Below are positions 28,703 through 37,956 of a stretch of DNA of 64,000 bases, piece after piece (position 1 is the first letter of the stretch; each line of letters starts with the position of its first letter). This DNA is from an uncultured virus (IMG/VR IMGVR_UViG_3300007735_000789). Its lineage: Duplodnaviria; Heunggongvirae; Uroviricota; Caudoviricetes. A model generated the notes under the pieces. It saw only the letters and a program-made list of their open reading frames with translations. It was not told the DNA's origin and did no database searches. The position numbers were made by a program, and so were the translations under genes. The stretch lies in the IMG/VR virus record IMGVR_UViG_3300007735_000789. One strand, 5' to 3'.

Positions 28703-31207
28703 CTATCTTGCTCTAGAAAACTGAAATGGTGATTCGGCGAAGGCGGCGTAGATGTACGTGGCACCGTTGCCATTCCAGCTCAGATCTGAGTCTCTCAGCT
28801 TAAATCCATTTGAAAGAAAGTCAGACGTGGTGTATGTGCTCTCCGCGTCAGAATTGCTTGGCTGAAGCCTGTTGTTCATCACGTTGTAAGTGTTCCTGCT
28901 GGTGTCATGAATTTGCCAACCAGTTCCACTGCCACTGCTTTGTTTAAGCATCACCCACCGTGGCCTAAACCCGGTATAAACAAACGGCCCATCTGAGCTG
29001 CCATTGCCGGTGTAGCTGCCGAAAGAAGAGTACCCGGTTACTGGAGCGAAGCAGTAGGCGACGCTATCACCACCGCCCGCAAACGTGCTGCCTAGGGTAA
29101 ATACGCTTGAAGTTGGCGTGGTGCTATTCCAAGCATTTGAACTATTGTCCTGCGCGGCAGTGGAATTGAGAATTAAGTAGTAAGCATTTGACGTTAGGTT
29201 TTTGTGATAAACAGTCCAGTTATAGGTTTGCGCCCTTGATTTAACGATGATGAAATAAGGCTCGACACCTAAACCGTGGCCAATAGTTGCGTTGCCGCTT
29301 GACTGAGCGGTAAATGTAACAATCGAGAACCCCGCACTAGCGTTAGCCCTCACACTAGAAGTGATGGAGGGTACTCCGGCGGAGTAAGCATTAGCGTTGA
29401 TGGTTGTTGGATTAGCGGCAGAGCCGGCGTCCCACGCCCAGGCGACGTAGGTGTTTGAATTGCCATTTACAGTTCCATCGGTTCCAAGCGTAAAACCGTC
29501 AGAATTAAAAGCTGTAAGATCTTGCGTAGCTGATATTTCTGCATCTGTTGCGTTTGACATAAGGCGTTTATTAGCCCCACGAACAAGGTCGTATAACGCA
29601 TTATTGGTTGCAACACTTCGACCTTTAATCCACACCAAATCCGGGCTAAACCCCAACGTTGTTGGAACTGTGTTGACGTTCGGAATAGTTTGTGTGCTGC
29701 CATTGCCCGTATAGCGAATAACATCAAATACGGTATTAGGCTTGGCGACTACTGGGGCGGGCAGGTTGGTATCGCACAGTGCCTTGAAGCCGCTAGGGGC
29801 GGTGTAGGCGAAGGCGCGGGAGCCTGCGTTAAAAACTATGTTTTGACCGGAGCCAGTAGAAGCTCCTGGGAATAACTCACCGGAAGTTGGTAAATTGGAA
29901 TACTGGGCATTTGCACCGCTGGCTGGCGCGCCGCTGTTCACATAAGTACCATTTACGGAGAACCATATCTTTTGTGCATCTCGGTCAATAGCTACTCCAA
30001 CAATGGTATTACTGCCAGCGCCGTTGATTCGCCCTGTGGTGGTAAATACACCGCTGTTGTGGTAGCCGGCGTTTGTTGGATGCGTTTGATAACCCCAACC
30101 ATTAGCGTCTGCACCAAGATAAGAAGATACCCCAACCGAAGCCGTCCCAACACCTGCAGTAAAAGAACCTGTGCTGTTTACGTCAGTAAATTCAAAATAC
30201 CATTTGCCAGTATTTGGAATGCCAACTGTGGTTAGCGTTGGTTTATTGGCAGAGCCTGCAAGATAATCAAGATTGCCGTTACTCAGAGTGTTTCCATTTA
30301 GGGCTAGTGCGTTAAAAAGTGCATAATTCCCCCGCACACTCCCCACCAGCCCGTCATCGGTGCCGTAACTAGTCGGGGTGTCTACGAGGCTGTCGTTGCC
30401 AGCACCAGCGGTGACGCTGAGGCCAAAGGTATTCCAGTAATTCCCAAGACCTGAGTAATCTTTACCAACTCCAGCATTGCTGCCACTGGTCAGAGCGGAG
30501 TTATCGCTGAACTTCAACCAGAATGAGTTGCCGGTGTAGCTGCCGGTGTACGCCTTAGGAATCAGTTGCCCAGTAGTGGCACTGACTTCTGTGAAACTGC
30601 TGGGGGTTAATGCCTGGCCGTCGATGAAGTAGATGTCGGCGAGGTATCCAGAGAAAAAACGCTTAAGATCTTCAGATCCAATTCGGAACGCATAGGCAGT
30701 TTGATTGACTGCATAGTCAGTATTTATTGATGGGTAAGTCGGTGACTGAAAAGTGGTTTCTTGTGTTCCATTAATATATAATTTTACACGGTCAGCAGGC
30801 GTTGTTTGAGTAGTATCAAATGTCAGCACAAAATTATACCAAGCAGAAAAATCTCTAAATGTTCTAGTGGTTTTAACCTCAAAATCAGTATTATTGTTAA
30901 TGCTAATTGTATTATCTCCAGACACCATAACTCTAAAATAAGTGGATGAACTTTGCGATGTTGAGCTTCCTGTAAAAAAAATGTGCCTTTCTGTTCCGCC
31001 GTTAACAGCATTTGGAAAATCTACTAATTTCTGCCACCAACTAAGAGTCCACGTCCTCCTATTCCCCGCTACTGCCGGGGTGCGGGACAAGTAACCACTG
31101 TCACTACTATTGAATCTGAGCGAACGTTCTATCTGGTAACCCGCCCCTCCTCCTCCCGTTGCTTTAGAGGCGCCGAGAAAAAACTGTTGAGCTGCTCCTA
31201 TTGTCAC
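28703..31207 (-). CDS. Tail fibre/receptor-binding protein with LamG/concanavalin-like and SPRY domains
   Basis: SLRFNSSDS, WTLSWW, GYLADIYFIDG, TGKWYFEF, PDLVWIKGR, YIYAAFAE. Confidence 0.85.
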   Translation of the reverse strand: MTIGAAQQFFLGASKATGGGGAGYQIERSLRFNSSDSGYLSRTPAVAGNRRTWTLSWWQKLVDFPNAVNGGTERHIFFTGSSTSQSSSTYFRVMVSGDNTISINNNTDFEVKTTRTFRDFSAWYNFVLTFDTTQTTPADRVKLYINGTQETTFQSPTYPSINTDYAVNQTAYAFRIGSEDLKRFFSGYLADIYFIDGQALTPSSFTEVSATTGQLIPKAYTGSYTGNSFWLKFSDNSALTSGSNAGVGKDYSGLGNYWNTFGLSVTAGAGNDSLVDTPTSYGTDDGLVGSVRGNYALFNALALNGNTLSNGNLDYLAGSANKPTLTTVGIPNTGKWYFEFTDVNSTGSFTAGVGTASVGVSSYLGADANGWGYQTHPTNAGYHNSGVFTTTGRINGAGSNTIVGVAIDRDAQKIWFSVNGTYVNSGAPASGANAQYSNLPTSGELFPGASTGSGQNIVFNAGSRAFAYTAPSGFKALCDTNLPAPVVAKPNTVFDVIRYTGNGSTQTIPNVNTVPTTLGFSPDLVWIKGRSVATNNALYDLVRGANKRLMSNATDAEISATQDLTAFNSDGFTLGTDGTVNGNSNTYVAWAWDAGSAANPTTINANAYSAGVPSITSSVRANASAGFSIVTFTAQSSGNATIGHGLGVEPYFIIVKSRAQTYNWTVYHKNLTSNAYYLILNSTAAQDNSSNAWNSTTPTSSVFTLGSTFAGGGDSVAYCFAPVTGYSSFGSYTGNGSSDGPFVYTGFRPRWVMLKQSSGSGTGWQIHDTSRNTYNVMNNRLQPSNSDAESTYTTSDFLSNGFKLRDSDLSWNGNGATYIYAAFAESPFQFSRAR

Positions 31208-32016
31208 TGAGATCCTCCAGAGTAAGCTGCGGTGAGAATACCTACAACGCGAGTTGGTGCAACAACAAAGTAAGCAAGAACGTCTATACCACTAGCTGCG
31301 GTAGTGAGAGTAGGAGCGGTTCCTCCTTGGAAGGACCAGCCGCCGCTATATGCCAGTGTGCGACTTCCGGTATTATCTTGACGAATTGTTATAGCGCCAC
31401 ACTGGCCCCCGCTGGCATTTACAGGACCGGCAAAAATAGAATTCGACTCTAAAGTCACTGTAAAGTTATTACCTGTTGATAAATCGACTAATAAGACGCC
31501 AGAGCTTGCGATTGTATTAATAGTGCCAAATGACTGCTTGTTAACAATAACTGTGCCACTGAGCACACCACCTGTCTTATCGTACTTGTTAGCTAAAGAG
31601 CTTAACGCAGCGTTACCGCTGGATAAAGCAGTTGTACCTACAACTAACGCTGCGTTACCAGAAGCCTGCGCCGTTAGTGCCGCACTAATACCCGCATTAC
31701 CGGAAGCTAAAGCAGTAGTCCCGACAACTAACGCGGCATTACCGGAAGCTTGCGCCGTAGCAGCATTCGTTACGCCAAGATTGCCGCTAGCTAAGGCGTT
31801 AACTCCAACAACTAAAGCTGCGTTACCGGAAGCTTGTGCAATAACAGCTGCAGATATACCCGCGTTACCGCTAATTTGAGCTGAACCGTCAATGCCTAGC
31901 GAAGACCCTACGTAGATAAGACCACTAGGAGCAGCTGCAAGAACTACCGCAGTATCACCAGCGGGTAGCTCTGAAAATAACCCGCTAACAATAACCAGTG
32001 GTTTACGAGCAGCCAT
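31204..32016 (-). CDS. Tail fibre protein with 14-aa (A)SGN repeats
   Basis: Seven SGN units spaced 42 nt apart (31615-31872); C-terminal GGTAPTLTTAA...DVL domain. Confidence 0.8.
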   Translation of the reverse strand: MAARKPLVIVSGLFSELPAGDTAVVLAAAPSGLIYVGSSLGIDGSAQISGNAGISAAVIAQASGNAALVVGVNALASGNLGVTNAATAQASGNAALVVGTTALASGNAGISAALTAQASGNAALVVGTTALSSGNAALSSLANKYDKTGGVLSGTVIVNKQSFGTINTIASSGVLLVDLSTGNNFTVTLESNSIFAGPVNASGGQCGAITIRQDNTGSRTLAYSGGWSFQGGTAPTLTTAASGIDVLAYFVVAPTRVVGILTAAYSGGSQ

Positions 32017-32114
32017 GGTTCTGAGATGCTAAATACAGTATAGCGCCCGAAGTCAAAAGAGTAGGAGCATCATTTTCAGTTTACTCCGCTTCGACACTAA
32101 TAAAAACCAAAGTA

Positions 32115-32333
32115 CTACGTTTTTGATTTTCGCCTTATGTACTCCGAAGCTTTCCTACGAGCTTCCCGAGCTTTATCGGTGTTAGGCACACGAGTTCCCA
32201 CAGGTTTATTGCCGGATGTCGCTAATTTTTTGGCTTCATCAGTTGCCTGACGTTCTCCTGGAGTTAAAGCAGCCCAAGCGGAGCGGGGCAAGTACCGTTC
32301 AGTTCTACCTTTTTCGCGGGCTAGATCAGTCAT
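32115..32333 (-). CDS. Small basic protein (apparent C-half of a split family)
   Basis: ERYLPRSAWAALTPGERQATDEAK. Confidence 0.7.
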   Translation of the reverse strand: MTDLAREKGRTERYLPRSAWAALTPGERQATDEAKKLATSGNKPVGTRVPNTDKAREARRKASEYIRRKSKT

Positions 32334-32356
32334 TTTAAATTAGATCGTTACGTTTG

Positions 32357-32584
32357 TTATTTATTTTTTTCATATTCTTCCTTTGTTTGCCAATCTTCTT
32401 TGGTCCAACGGCTAAGGCGATTGGATGAAGATTTTTTGCCTGAATAAGTCCCGCCCGCATCTTTATAATATTTAGTTGCTAGCTGCATGGCCCGTGCGCT
32501 ATGGCCTCCTAATTTTGCTCGCGCTCTAGCCTTAGCACGAGCCCACTTCTCAGGATCTCTTTTTTTAGCAATCTCATCAGCCAT
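32357..32584 (-). CDS. Small basic protein (apparent N-half of a split family)
   Basis: HSARAMQLATKYYKDAGGTY...LSRWTKEDWQT. Confidence 0.7.
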   Translation of the reverse strand: MADEIAKKRDPEKWARAKARARAKLGGHSARAMQLATKYYKDAGGTYSGKKSSSNRLSRWTKEDWQTKEEYEKNK

Positions 32585-32644
32585 TAATACAACAGAATCA
32601 CACTAGGAATTATTAACTTAAACAATAAAGTAATCATATCCGAT

Positions 32645-33673
32645 TTACTTAGATTCTACATCAATAGAATTAAACCCATCTCTAGTTAATCTATATTTTT
32701 CAGGAGTGTACCCATACTGCCTTAAAGCATGCTCTGCTTCGGTGTCATCTCCTCCTCTTAATGATCTGCCCACGGGGTCAACAATATAATCTGCTAAGAA
32801 TTTAGATGCCTGGACAGCAGCTCTATTTGCTAATTCACCTACTACCCCTTCCGCAAAGCCTTTACCTGCTGAATGTCCATAATAAGTTGATCTAGATAAA
32901 AGTTGGTCTGTCATACTCCAAGGAGTACCGGCTGACTTTGCTAATTTCCGACCCTCTACATTTGCCATAGACTCGTCACGAGCGGTTGCTTGCACACGAG
33001 GATCTAAAAAAGTTGTAAGTAAACCTTCTACACCTGCTTGTATAAGACTTCTATCTTGATTAGTCGCAGGATTAAAACCAACGAGTGCTGGTATGTTTCC
33101 TTCTTTAGAACCTCCACTCCTAAATCTTAAACTGATATCTCTTAACCCTTCAGGTGTATTTCTATACACAGCGTGACCAAACTCATGACCTACGGTCGTA
33201 GGATTATATAACAAACGATTAGATTCTACGGCTTGCGGAGTAACACGCACAAAACCGCCGGTTATATCAGAACGGGTAGTTCCGTAGTATGCTTCGCGTG
33301 GTCCCTTTAAAATTTTGTCTATATAATCTTTATACAAATCTAGAGGAAGATCATCTAAATTACGCCCACCTTGTCCAGTTTTATCCGGCGGAATTACCGG
33401 ATTAAAGGGGACAGTTCTAGGTGCTATTTTTTCATTAAATTTATCTATCAGCGGTTTTACGTCTACAGGAGGGCTAAGACGATTTTCTAGAAGATGGTAT
33501 GCAGCTCTGGGAATGTTTTGTAAATAGAAAGGAAACACTGCGGCAGGCAAAGTATCTCTAAAAGTATCTTTAAGAGTATCTCTATAAGGAAGGTCCCCTT
33601 TACCTACAGTACGTCTAACATATTCACTTTCATTACGAACTTTTTTTAAAAAAGTATCAAGCAGATTAGGCAT
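32645..33673 (-). CDS. Orphan protein with HEXXH zincin-like motif
   Basis: VGHEFGHAV at 33173-33187, with a downstream E in RDESMAN. Confidence 0.65.
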   Translation of the reverse strand: MPNLLDTFLKKVRNESEYVRRTVGKGDLPYRDTLKDTFRDTLPAAVFPFYLQNIPRAAYHLLENRLSPPVDVKPLIDKFNEKIAPRTVPFNPVIPPDKTGQGGRNLDDLPLDLYKDYIDKILKGPREAYYGTTRSDITGGFVRVTPQAVESNRLLYNPTTVGHEFGHAVYRNTPEGLRDISLRFRSGGSKEGNIPALVGFNPATNQDRSLIQAGVEGLLTTFLDPRVQATARDESMANVEGRKLAKSAGTPWSMTDQLLSRSTYYGHSAGKGFAEGVVGELANRAAVQASKFLADYIVDPVGRSLRGGDDTEAEHALRQYGYTPEKYRLTRDGFNSIDVESK

Positions 33674-33706
33674 CAGTTAAGCTCCTGTGTTTAAATATTA
33701 AATGAT

Positions 33707-34213
33707 CTAACACAATAAAGTCGGGGGTTTGATTTCAACTTCAAGCTCAGTCGTACTTAAAGCCACGCCGAGCCCAACAAGTGCTTGATAATTGTCGGTA
33801 CCGGAAGCGGTAATCGAACCGGAAGCAGTTGTGTACCGAGTGAGTTGCCCAGTGTACTTAGATAAGTAGTAGTACTCGCCGGGAATCAATGAAGATTCGG
33901 CAGTTATGTTTGCGGCACTGACAACAGCAACGTCATCAAGATTCACCGCAATACCTGAAGTTACACCGGCAGAAGCGGAAGTTATGCCAATAGCGCCATA
34001 GTTAAAAGCGGCAACACCACTGATGGCACTAGCAGGAAAAACTTGAGTTCCGCTAACATAAACAACAACACCTTGGATTAAATTGGCTCCTGCTGTAAAA
34101 GACTGCGTGGCCGAAGCTGTTGTAGTTACACCAGCACCGTTAATCAGCCAAACTTCGGTTCCTGCTGAAGAAAAACTTGTATATTTACGGTTAAAGATGG
34201 CCCTGTCCGCCAT
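33707..34213 (-). CDS. Virion structural protein (cement/fibre-like)
   Basis: S/T/A/G-rich; LIPGEYYYLS...GQLT, LGVALSTTEL. Confidence 0.7.
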   Translation of the reverse strand: MADRAIFNRKYTSFSSAGTEVWLINGAGVTTTASATQSFTAGANLIQGVVVYVSGTQVFPASAISGVAAFNYGAIGITSASAGVTSGIAVNLDDVAVVSAANITAESSLIPGEYYYLSKYTGQLTRYTTASGSITASGTDNYQALVGLGVALSTTELEVEIKPPTLLC

Positions 34214-34268
34214 GACCTCTTAAACACAAAGTTCTACTTTAATCTTACCACTTATTGACGCCTAAGTC

Positions 34269-34658
34269 CTAAACAGGTGTATAAACCAGACTAGGCCGAC
34301 TAACCTCGATATTTATACCAGACGACGAAACAGCACGACCCAACGTAACGCAATACACCGCCGAAAATGCGGAAGCGTTTACTTCAGTTTGGAATGCCGT
34401 ATAAGTAGGTTGAATAGTCCCGGAAGTTATTGATAAGTAAGGCACAGACCCAGCAGTTTGTCCTGTAAAAATATATTGAATTTTGTCTTTATCTACACGA
34501 GTTAGATCACCGGCAGCTACTGTGTCTAGAGCAATTCCGACGCAACGAGCATTAACAGCGTTGGCAGCAGACGAAGGATAGATAGTTCCCCCGGACGCTA
34601 CCGTAACAGGTTGACCGGCAGTAATGGCTGTTGCTGCACGAAAACTTACAATTGCCAT
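34269..34658 (-). CDS. Virion structural protein (capsid cement-like)
   Basis: AATAITAGQPV...VGIAL...LGRAVS; paralog-like to its neighbour. Confidence 0.7.
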   Translation of the reverse strand: MAIVSFRAATAITAGQPVTVASGGTIYPSSAANAVNARCVGIALDTVAAGDLTRVDKDKIQYIFTGQTAGSVPYLSITSGTIQPTYTAFQTEVNASAFSAVYCVTLGRAVSSSGINIEVSRPSLVYTPV

Positions 34659-34682
34659 CTTTACACGGTAACTACTTGCATT

Positions 34683-34802
34683 TTAGCCTCGACCTTGCCC
34701 ACGGGTCTTTTTACGTCCATGGCTTGCTTTGGAGTGAAGCCCTTGACCTTGCTTGGTGCGCTTTGGTTTAGATGAAATTTTGTTTTCTTGTCCCTTAGCC
34801 AT
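34683..34802 (-). CDS. 39 aa highly basic protein absent from the ORF track
   Basis: MAKGQENKISSKPKRTKQGQGLHSKASHGRKKTRGQGRG. Confidence 0.65.
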   Translation of the reverse strand: MAKGQENKISSKPKRTKQGQGLHSKASHGRKKTRGQGRG

Positions 34803-34835
34803 TGATTTGTTCTTAGTTGCCATCAGATTATACCA

Positions 34836-35600
34836 CTAAACCCAGGCTGTGCCATTCCAGACACGCAGTGAACCGGCACCGGAATCGTACCAGAGTCCGC
34901 CTTGTTGTCCTGGAGCAGGAGCTGCAACACCATAAGCTGCGCCGCGAGAGGGTCCGGTTTCATACCAACCGCTGCTGGTGGCATCGTAGACAAACAAGTT
35001 GCCGACTAAGTTATTGAACCACAGGCTGCCATCACGCGGCGGGGCATTGTAACCTGCGCCGGAAGGTGGGAGGTCTGACTTAAGCGCCAAAGCTTCAGCG
35101 TTTGTCTGATACCAAGCGGGATCACTGATCCCGTTACCGCTGGCATAAACAAAAAGGCGACCTTCGTTGGTGTCGTACCAAAGGGTGCCCGGATTATAAT
35201 TGGACCCAGGGGATCCCGAGATTATCGTGGGGCTTACTATCTGACCAGAAACTGCAACGCGACTACCGCTATAAACAACACTTGTACTTCCCTCTCCAAT
35301 AATGCCAACATTGATAACAGAAGAACCGCCGCTTGTCGTTATATAAACGCCAGAACCGCCGACCAAACCAGAAACAACAGCAGATGCTTGAGTTGAAACA
35401 CCCGATAAAGTTAAATTAAGATCTTCAATAGCTCGAACAACCCCTGTAAAATTACTGGGATAGCCGCTAGGATCAAGTGTAAAAGTTGCTGTTCCCACGC
35501 CGGAAATTGTGTAGATACAGTTAGTTAGCGCCCCAATTATCCCACCGAACGAGGGGCCATTAAAACTATGGCGGGAAGGTTCGTGCGGATTACCAGGCAT
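34836..35600 (-). CDS. Tail fibre-like protein with GxLW(Y/F) repeats
   Basis: GTLWYD, GSLWFN, GGLWYD; SD-like AGGAGG upstream. Confidence 0.78.
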   Translation of the reverse strand: MPGNPHEPSRHSFNGPSFGGIIGALTNCIYTISGVGTATFTLDPSGYPSNFTGVVRAIEDLNLTLSGVSTQASAVVSGLVGGSGVYITTSGGSSVINVGIIGEGSTSVVYSGSRVAVSGQIVSPTIISGSPGSNYNPGTLWYDTNEGRLFVYASGNGISDPAWYQTNAEALALKSDLPPSGAGYNAPPRDGSLWFNNLVGNLFVYDATSSGWYETGPSRGAAYGVAAPAPGQQGGLWYDSGAGSLRVWNGTAWV

Positions 35601-35670
35601 AACTACTGCTAAAACCCCTCCTAACTTAGATTCTAGCTTAAACGTAGTTTATCGGTAATTCCGAGGTTTA

Positions 35671-35832
35671 TCAATTCGTGCGGACGGGCAGCCTGGTCGG
35701 ATGCAAAAACCCTTCTTCAGCAATCTTCCAAGCGGGAATGTTAGAGACAGCAGCTCGCTTTCGGCACTCTTGCCAAAAACTTACATCTGGAAGTTCCTGC
35801 TTAACGGGAAGCACAGGTAATTCTACACCCAT
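35671..35832 (-). CDS. 53 aa hypothetical protein absent from the ORF track
   Basis: MGVELPVLPVKQELPDVSFWQECRKRAAVSNIPAWKIAEEGF... Confidence 0.6.
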   Translation of the reverse strand: MGVELPVLPVKQELPDVSFWQECRKRAAVSNIPAWKIAEEGFLHPTRLPVRTN

Positions 35833-35924
35833 AGAGACCTCTAGGCTGGTTGAACTACTTATATACTAACACAGAACTTGAAAAAGGGCTAAATTATAGC
35901 CTACCCACGATGGTTTTGGAAGCA

Positions 35925-36121
35925 GGTAAACCAAAAAAAGTGCTTGGAGAACCAGAATGAGTCGTAAATTGCGTATAAGTTGAGTATTTTAAATAATTTA
36001 AAAAATTAATATAGTATACATATTAAATAGACTCAGCACTCAATTACGCAACAATTTAAATAGCTCAGACAACCCGCAATTCGGACCAAGGTTCCGATAG
36101 TAAAAAAAGAGTTGGTTTACC
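35925..36121. promoter_or_regulatory. AT-rich divergent intergenic region with nested inverted repeats (candidate origin or control region)
   Basis: GGTAAACCAA/TTGGTTTACC, TTGCGTA..TTGAGT/ACTCAA.TACGCAA, TTAATAT/ATATTAA. Confidence 0.5.
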
Positions 36122-36177
36122 AGGTACAACCTAGACACCCTATGCTATGGTAAGGCGTATATCACTTCATATCCTCC

Positions 36178-36867
36178 GTGTACCAAGATCCCTATATATT
36201 TATATTTGGCTTGCTCTGCCGCTCGCCTACCGACCCTATTGAAGGGCCAGTCTCAAAAGAATACGACTTAGACTCGTTCCGGGTAGTCGAGCAGTCCAAA
36301 ACTTCCACGCTGCACTGCAAATGCAGCCGGAGCGAGCCTTTAGTGCTGGCTACAGCAGACCTGAGCAGGGTCCATCCGGTCCAGGGTCTGTTTGCTTGTC
36401 AGACATGTTTGGACGAGCTGAAGGCCGCTCGCACCGTTGCTCAGCGGGTCGATGCTTGGCTTTCTCAGAATAAAACAAACTTCACGTTCCGTGAACATTT
36501 ACATTTACCGAAAAACATTACCCGTTTTATGGACCCAGAATCAAAGTTGGCCACTCGGCCTCGTAGATACATCTACAGTTCTTTTCATGGTGTAGAACTC
36601 AGTTCAAAGGAAAATATTGTATCTACGTGCTCTGACGCGCATTGTGTAAACCCGCTACACTGCCAGATAGCTTCTAGTCCGGCAGCTAAAGTCACAGACC
36701 CTATGGTACAGGATGCCTCACTATGGCTACAAAAAGGTATATCAAGCAAGACTCTACAGGAACTTATAGAGGTAAAGTACGGAGTTTTATTGAGTATGCG
36801 CACGATAGACAAGCTAAGGAAGTCAGCAAGCTTGTTATTAAAAACGCAGACCTGTTGTGTGTGCTAG
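36178..36867 (+). CDS. Zn-ribbon plus degenerate HNH zinc loop plus HTH protein
   Basis: CKC...CQTC; STCSDAHCVNPLH; GISSKTLQELIEVKYG...SMRTID. Confidence 0.7.
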   Translation: MYQDPYIFIFGLLCRSPTDPIEGPVSKEYDLDSFRVVEQSKTSTLHCKCSRSEPLVLATADLSRVHPVQGLFACQTCLDELKAARTVAQRVDAWLSQNKTNFTFREHLHLPKNITRFMDPESKLATRPRRYIYSSFHGVELSSKENIVSTCSDAHCVNPLHCQIASSPAAKVTDPMVQDASLWLQKGISSKTLQELIEVKYGVLLSMRTIDKLRKSASLLLKTQTCCVC

Positions 36868-37073
36868 TGTACGAGCGGGTAATGTCCGCTAGCGAACTGA
36901 TTACATCATTGAGGTTTCCTAAGACTAGAGTTTTTAAAGATCTCAAAGAACTTCAAAATTGCAAACTTGTGATTAGAATTGACTTTGAATCTCACACGCT
37001 CTATGTTATAAATGGACACTACCTGGACTTCATAAAAACCTTGCTTAAATACGATGAGCTTTCCGGAAGTTAA
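36723..37073 (+). CDS. Small winged-HTH protein (true start probably downstream of 36723)
   Basis: MSASELITSLRFPKTRVFKDLKELQNCKLVIR. Confidence 0.6.
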   Translation: MATKRYIKQDSTGTYRGKVRSFIEYAHDRQAKEVSKLVIKNADLLCVLVYERVMSASELITSLRFPKTRVFKDLKELQNCKLVIRIDFESHTLYVINGHYLDFIKTLLKYDELSGS

Positions 37074-37470
37074 AGTAAATCTTTGGAACGAACGTTACGT
37101 TATCGACAACCTACCTTCTTGGTTGTACACAGATAACCCTGAACCGACTTCTATATTAGAGTGTCAGGCTAAGATCTCGGCGTTACAGTACACAATTCAA
37201 GATATTGATTTGCAGGTCGAGATCCGTGAACTGGAGCTTAAGACTGGCAACAGTCGTCACGGGTCCTCCTTTGAGTTTGAAAAATGGAAAGCCCAGGCAT
37301 TGCGGGCCAAGCAGACTCACCTGTACCTGCTAAATGCTTACAGCTACTGGCTTTTGCTGAACGAACGGGAAGCATCTCCTTCGGTTCTTAACGACAAGAT
37401 AACCAAACTCATAGGTTTGCTTATTGAGGAACCCAAAGACTTCGTGACCCAGTTGGAGAATCTCCTGTAA
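37054..37470 (+). CDS. Hypothetical coiled-coil protein
   Basis: 138 aa within the operon. Confidence 0.72.
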   Translation: MSFPEVKVNLWNERYVIDNLPSWLYTDNPEPTSILECQAKISALQYTIQDIDLQVEIRELELKTGNSRHGSSFEFEKWKAQALRAKQTHLYLLNAYSYWLLLNEREASPSVLNDKITKLIGLLIEEPKDFVTQLENLL

Positions 37471-37477
37471 GCTGTGT

Positions 37478-37599
37478 TTGCCGTCACTTGTAAGAAAGGC
37501 CAAGAGGCGGTAACGTAGGAGGGCGAACACTTTTAGCCTTTTCGGGTTCGCGGCAACTGATCTTTTGTGCCTGGCGCCAGGGGCAAAGGCACCTCCTAC
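37478..37599 (+). ncRNA. Candidate structured RNA / cis-regulatory leader
   Basis: Hairpin with G.U pairs followed by a three-way junction, filling a GC-rich intergenic gap. Confidence 0.45.
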
Positions 37600-37614
37600 A
37601 CCTATTTAAACATC

Positions 37615-37956
37615 ATGTTTGAATTTAAAGAAACAATCACACTTCCAATCAAAGAAGCCGTCGCAGTATTGCGAAGTATAGATACATCTTTACAGGTATT
37701 AGCAAACACCAAATCGGGTAATGTAACCACGGCGTTCATAAGCAAAAAAGCTTTGGCAGAACGTTTGGGACTTAACTCTGTTGCCATAGATAAATTGGTG
37801 TATCAAGGAATAACGTCTAAAGGCAAGTCTGGTTTGGTCGAGGGGCGTCATTATTGCAAACTTGATCCTACGGAAACTAACACCAGCAATTTCTTGTATG
37901 ACTCTGCTAAAGTCCTAGCAGACGCCTGGAATTCTTTTCAGAACTACGATGCTTAA
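37615..37956 (+). CDS. Excisionase-like HTH DNA-binding protein
   Basis: FISKKALAERLGLNSVAIDKL...LVEGRHY. Confidence 0.7.
   Translation: MFEFKETITLPIKEAVAVLRSIDTSLQVLANTKSGNVTTAFISKKALAERLGLNSVAIDKLVYQGITSKGKSGLVEGRHYCKLDPTETNTSNFLYDSAKVLADAWNSFQNYDA

Noticed and set aside
36820..36867. Programmed -1 frameshift fusing ORF 36178 to the wHTH ORF
   Set aside because: No canonical slippery heptamer (A TTA AAA) and no clear downstream structure; in-frame TTG/GTG starts explain the overlap.
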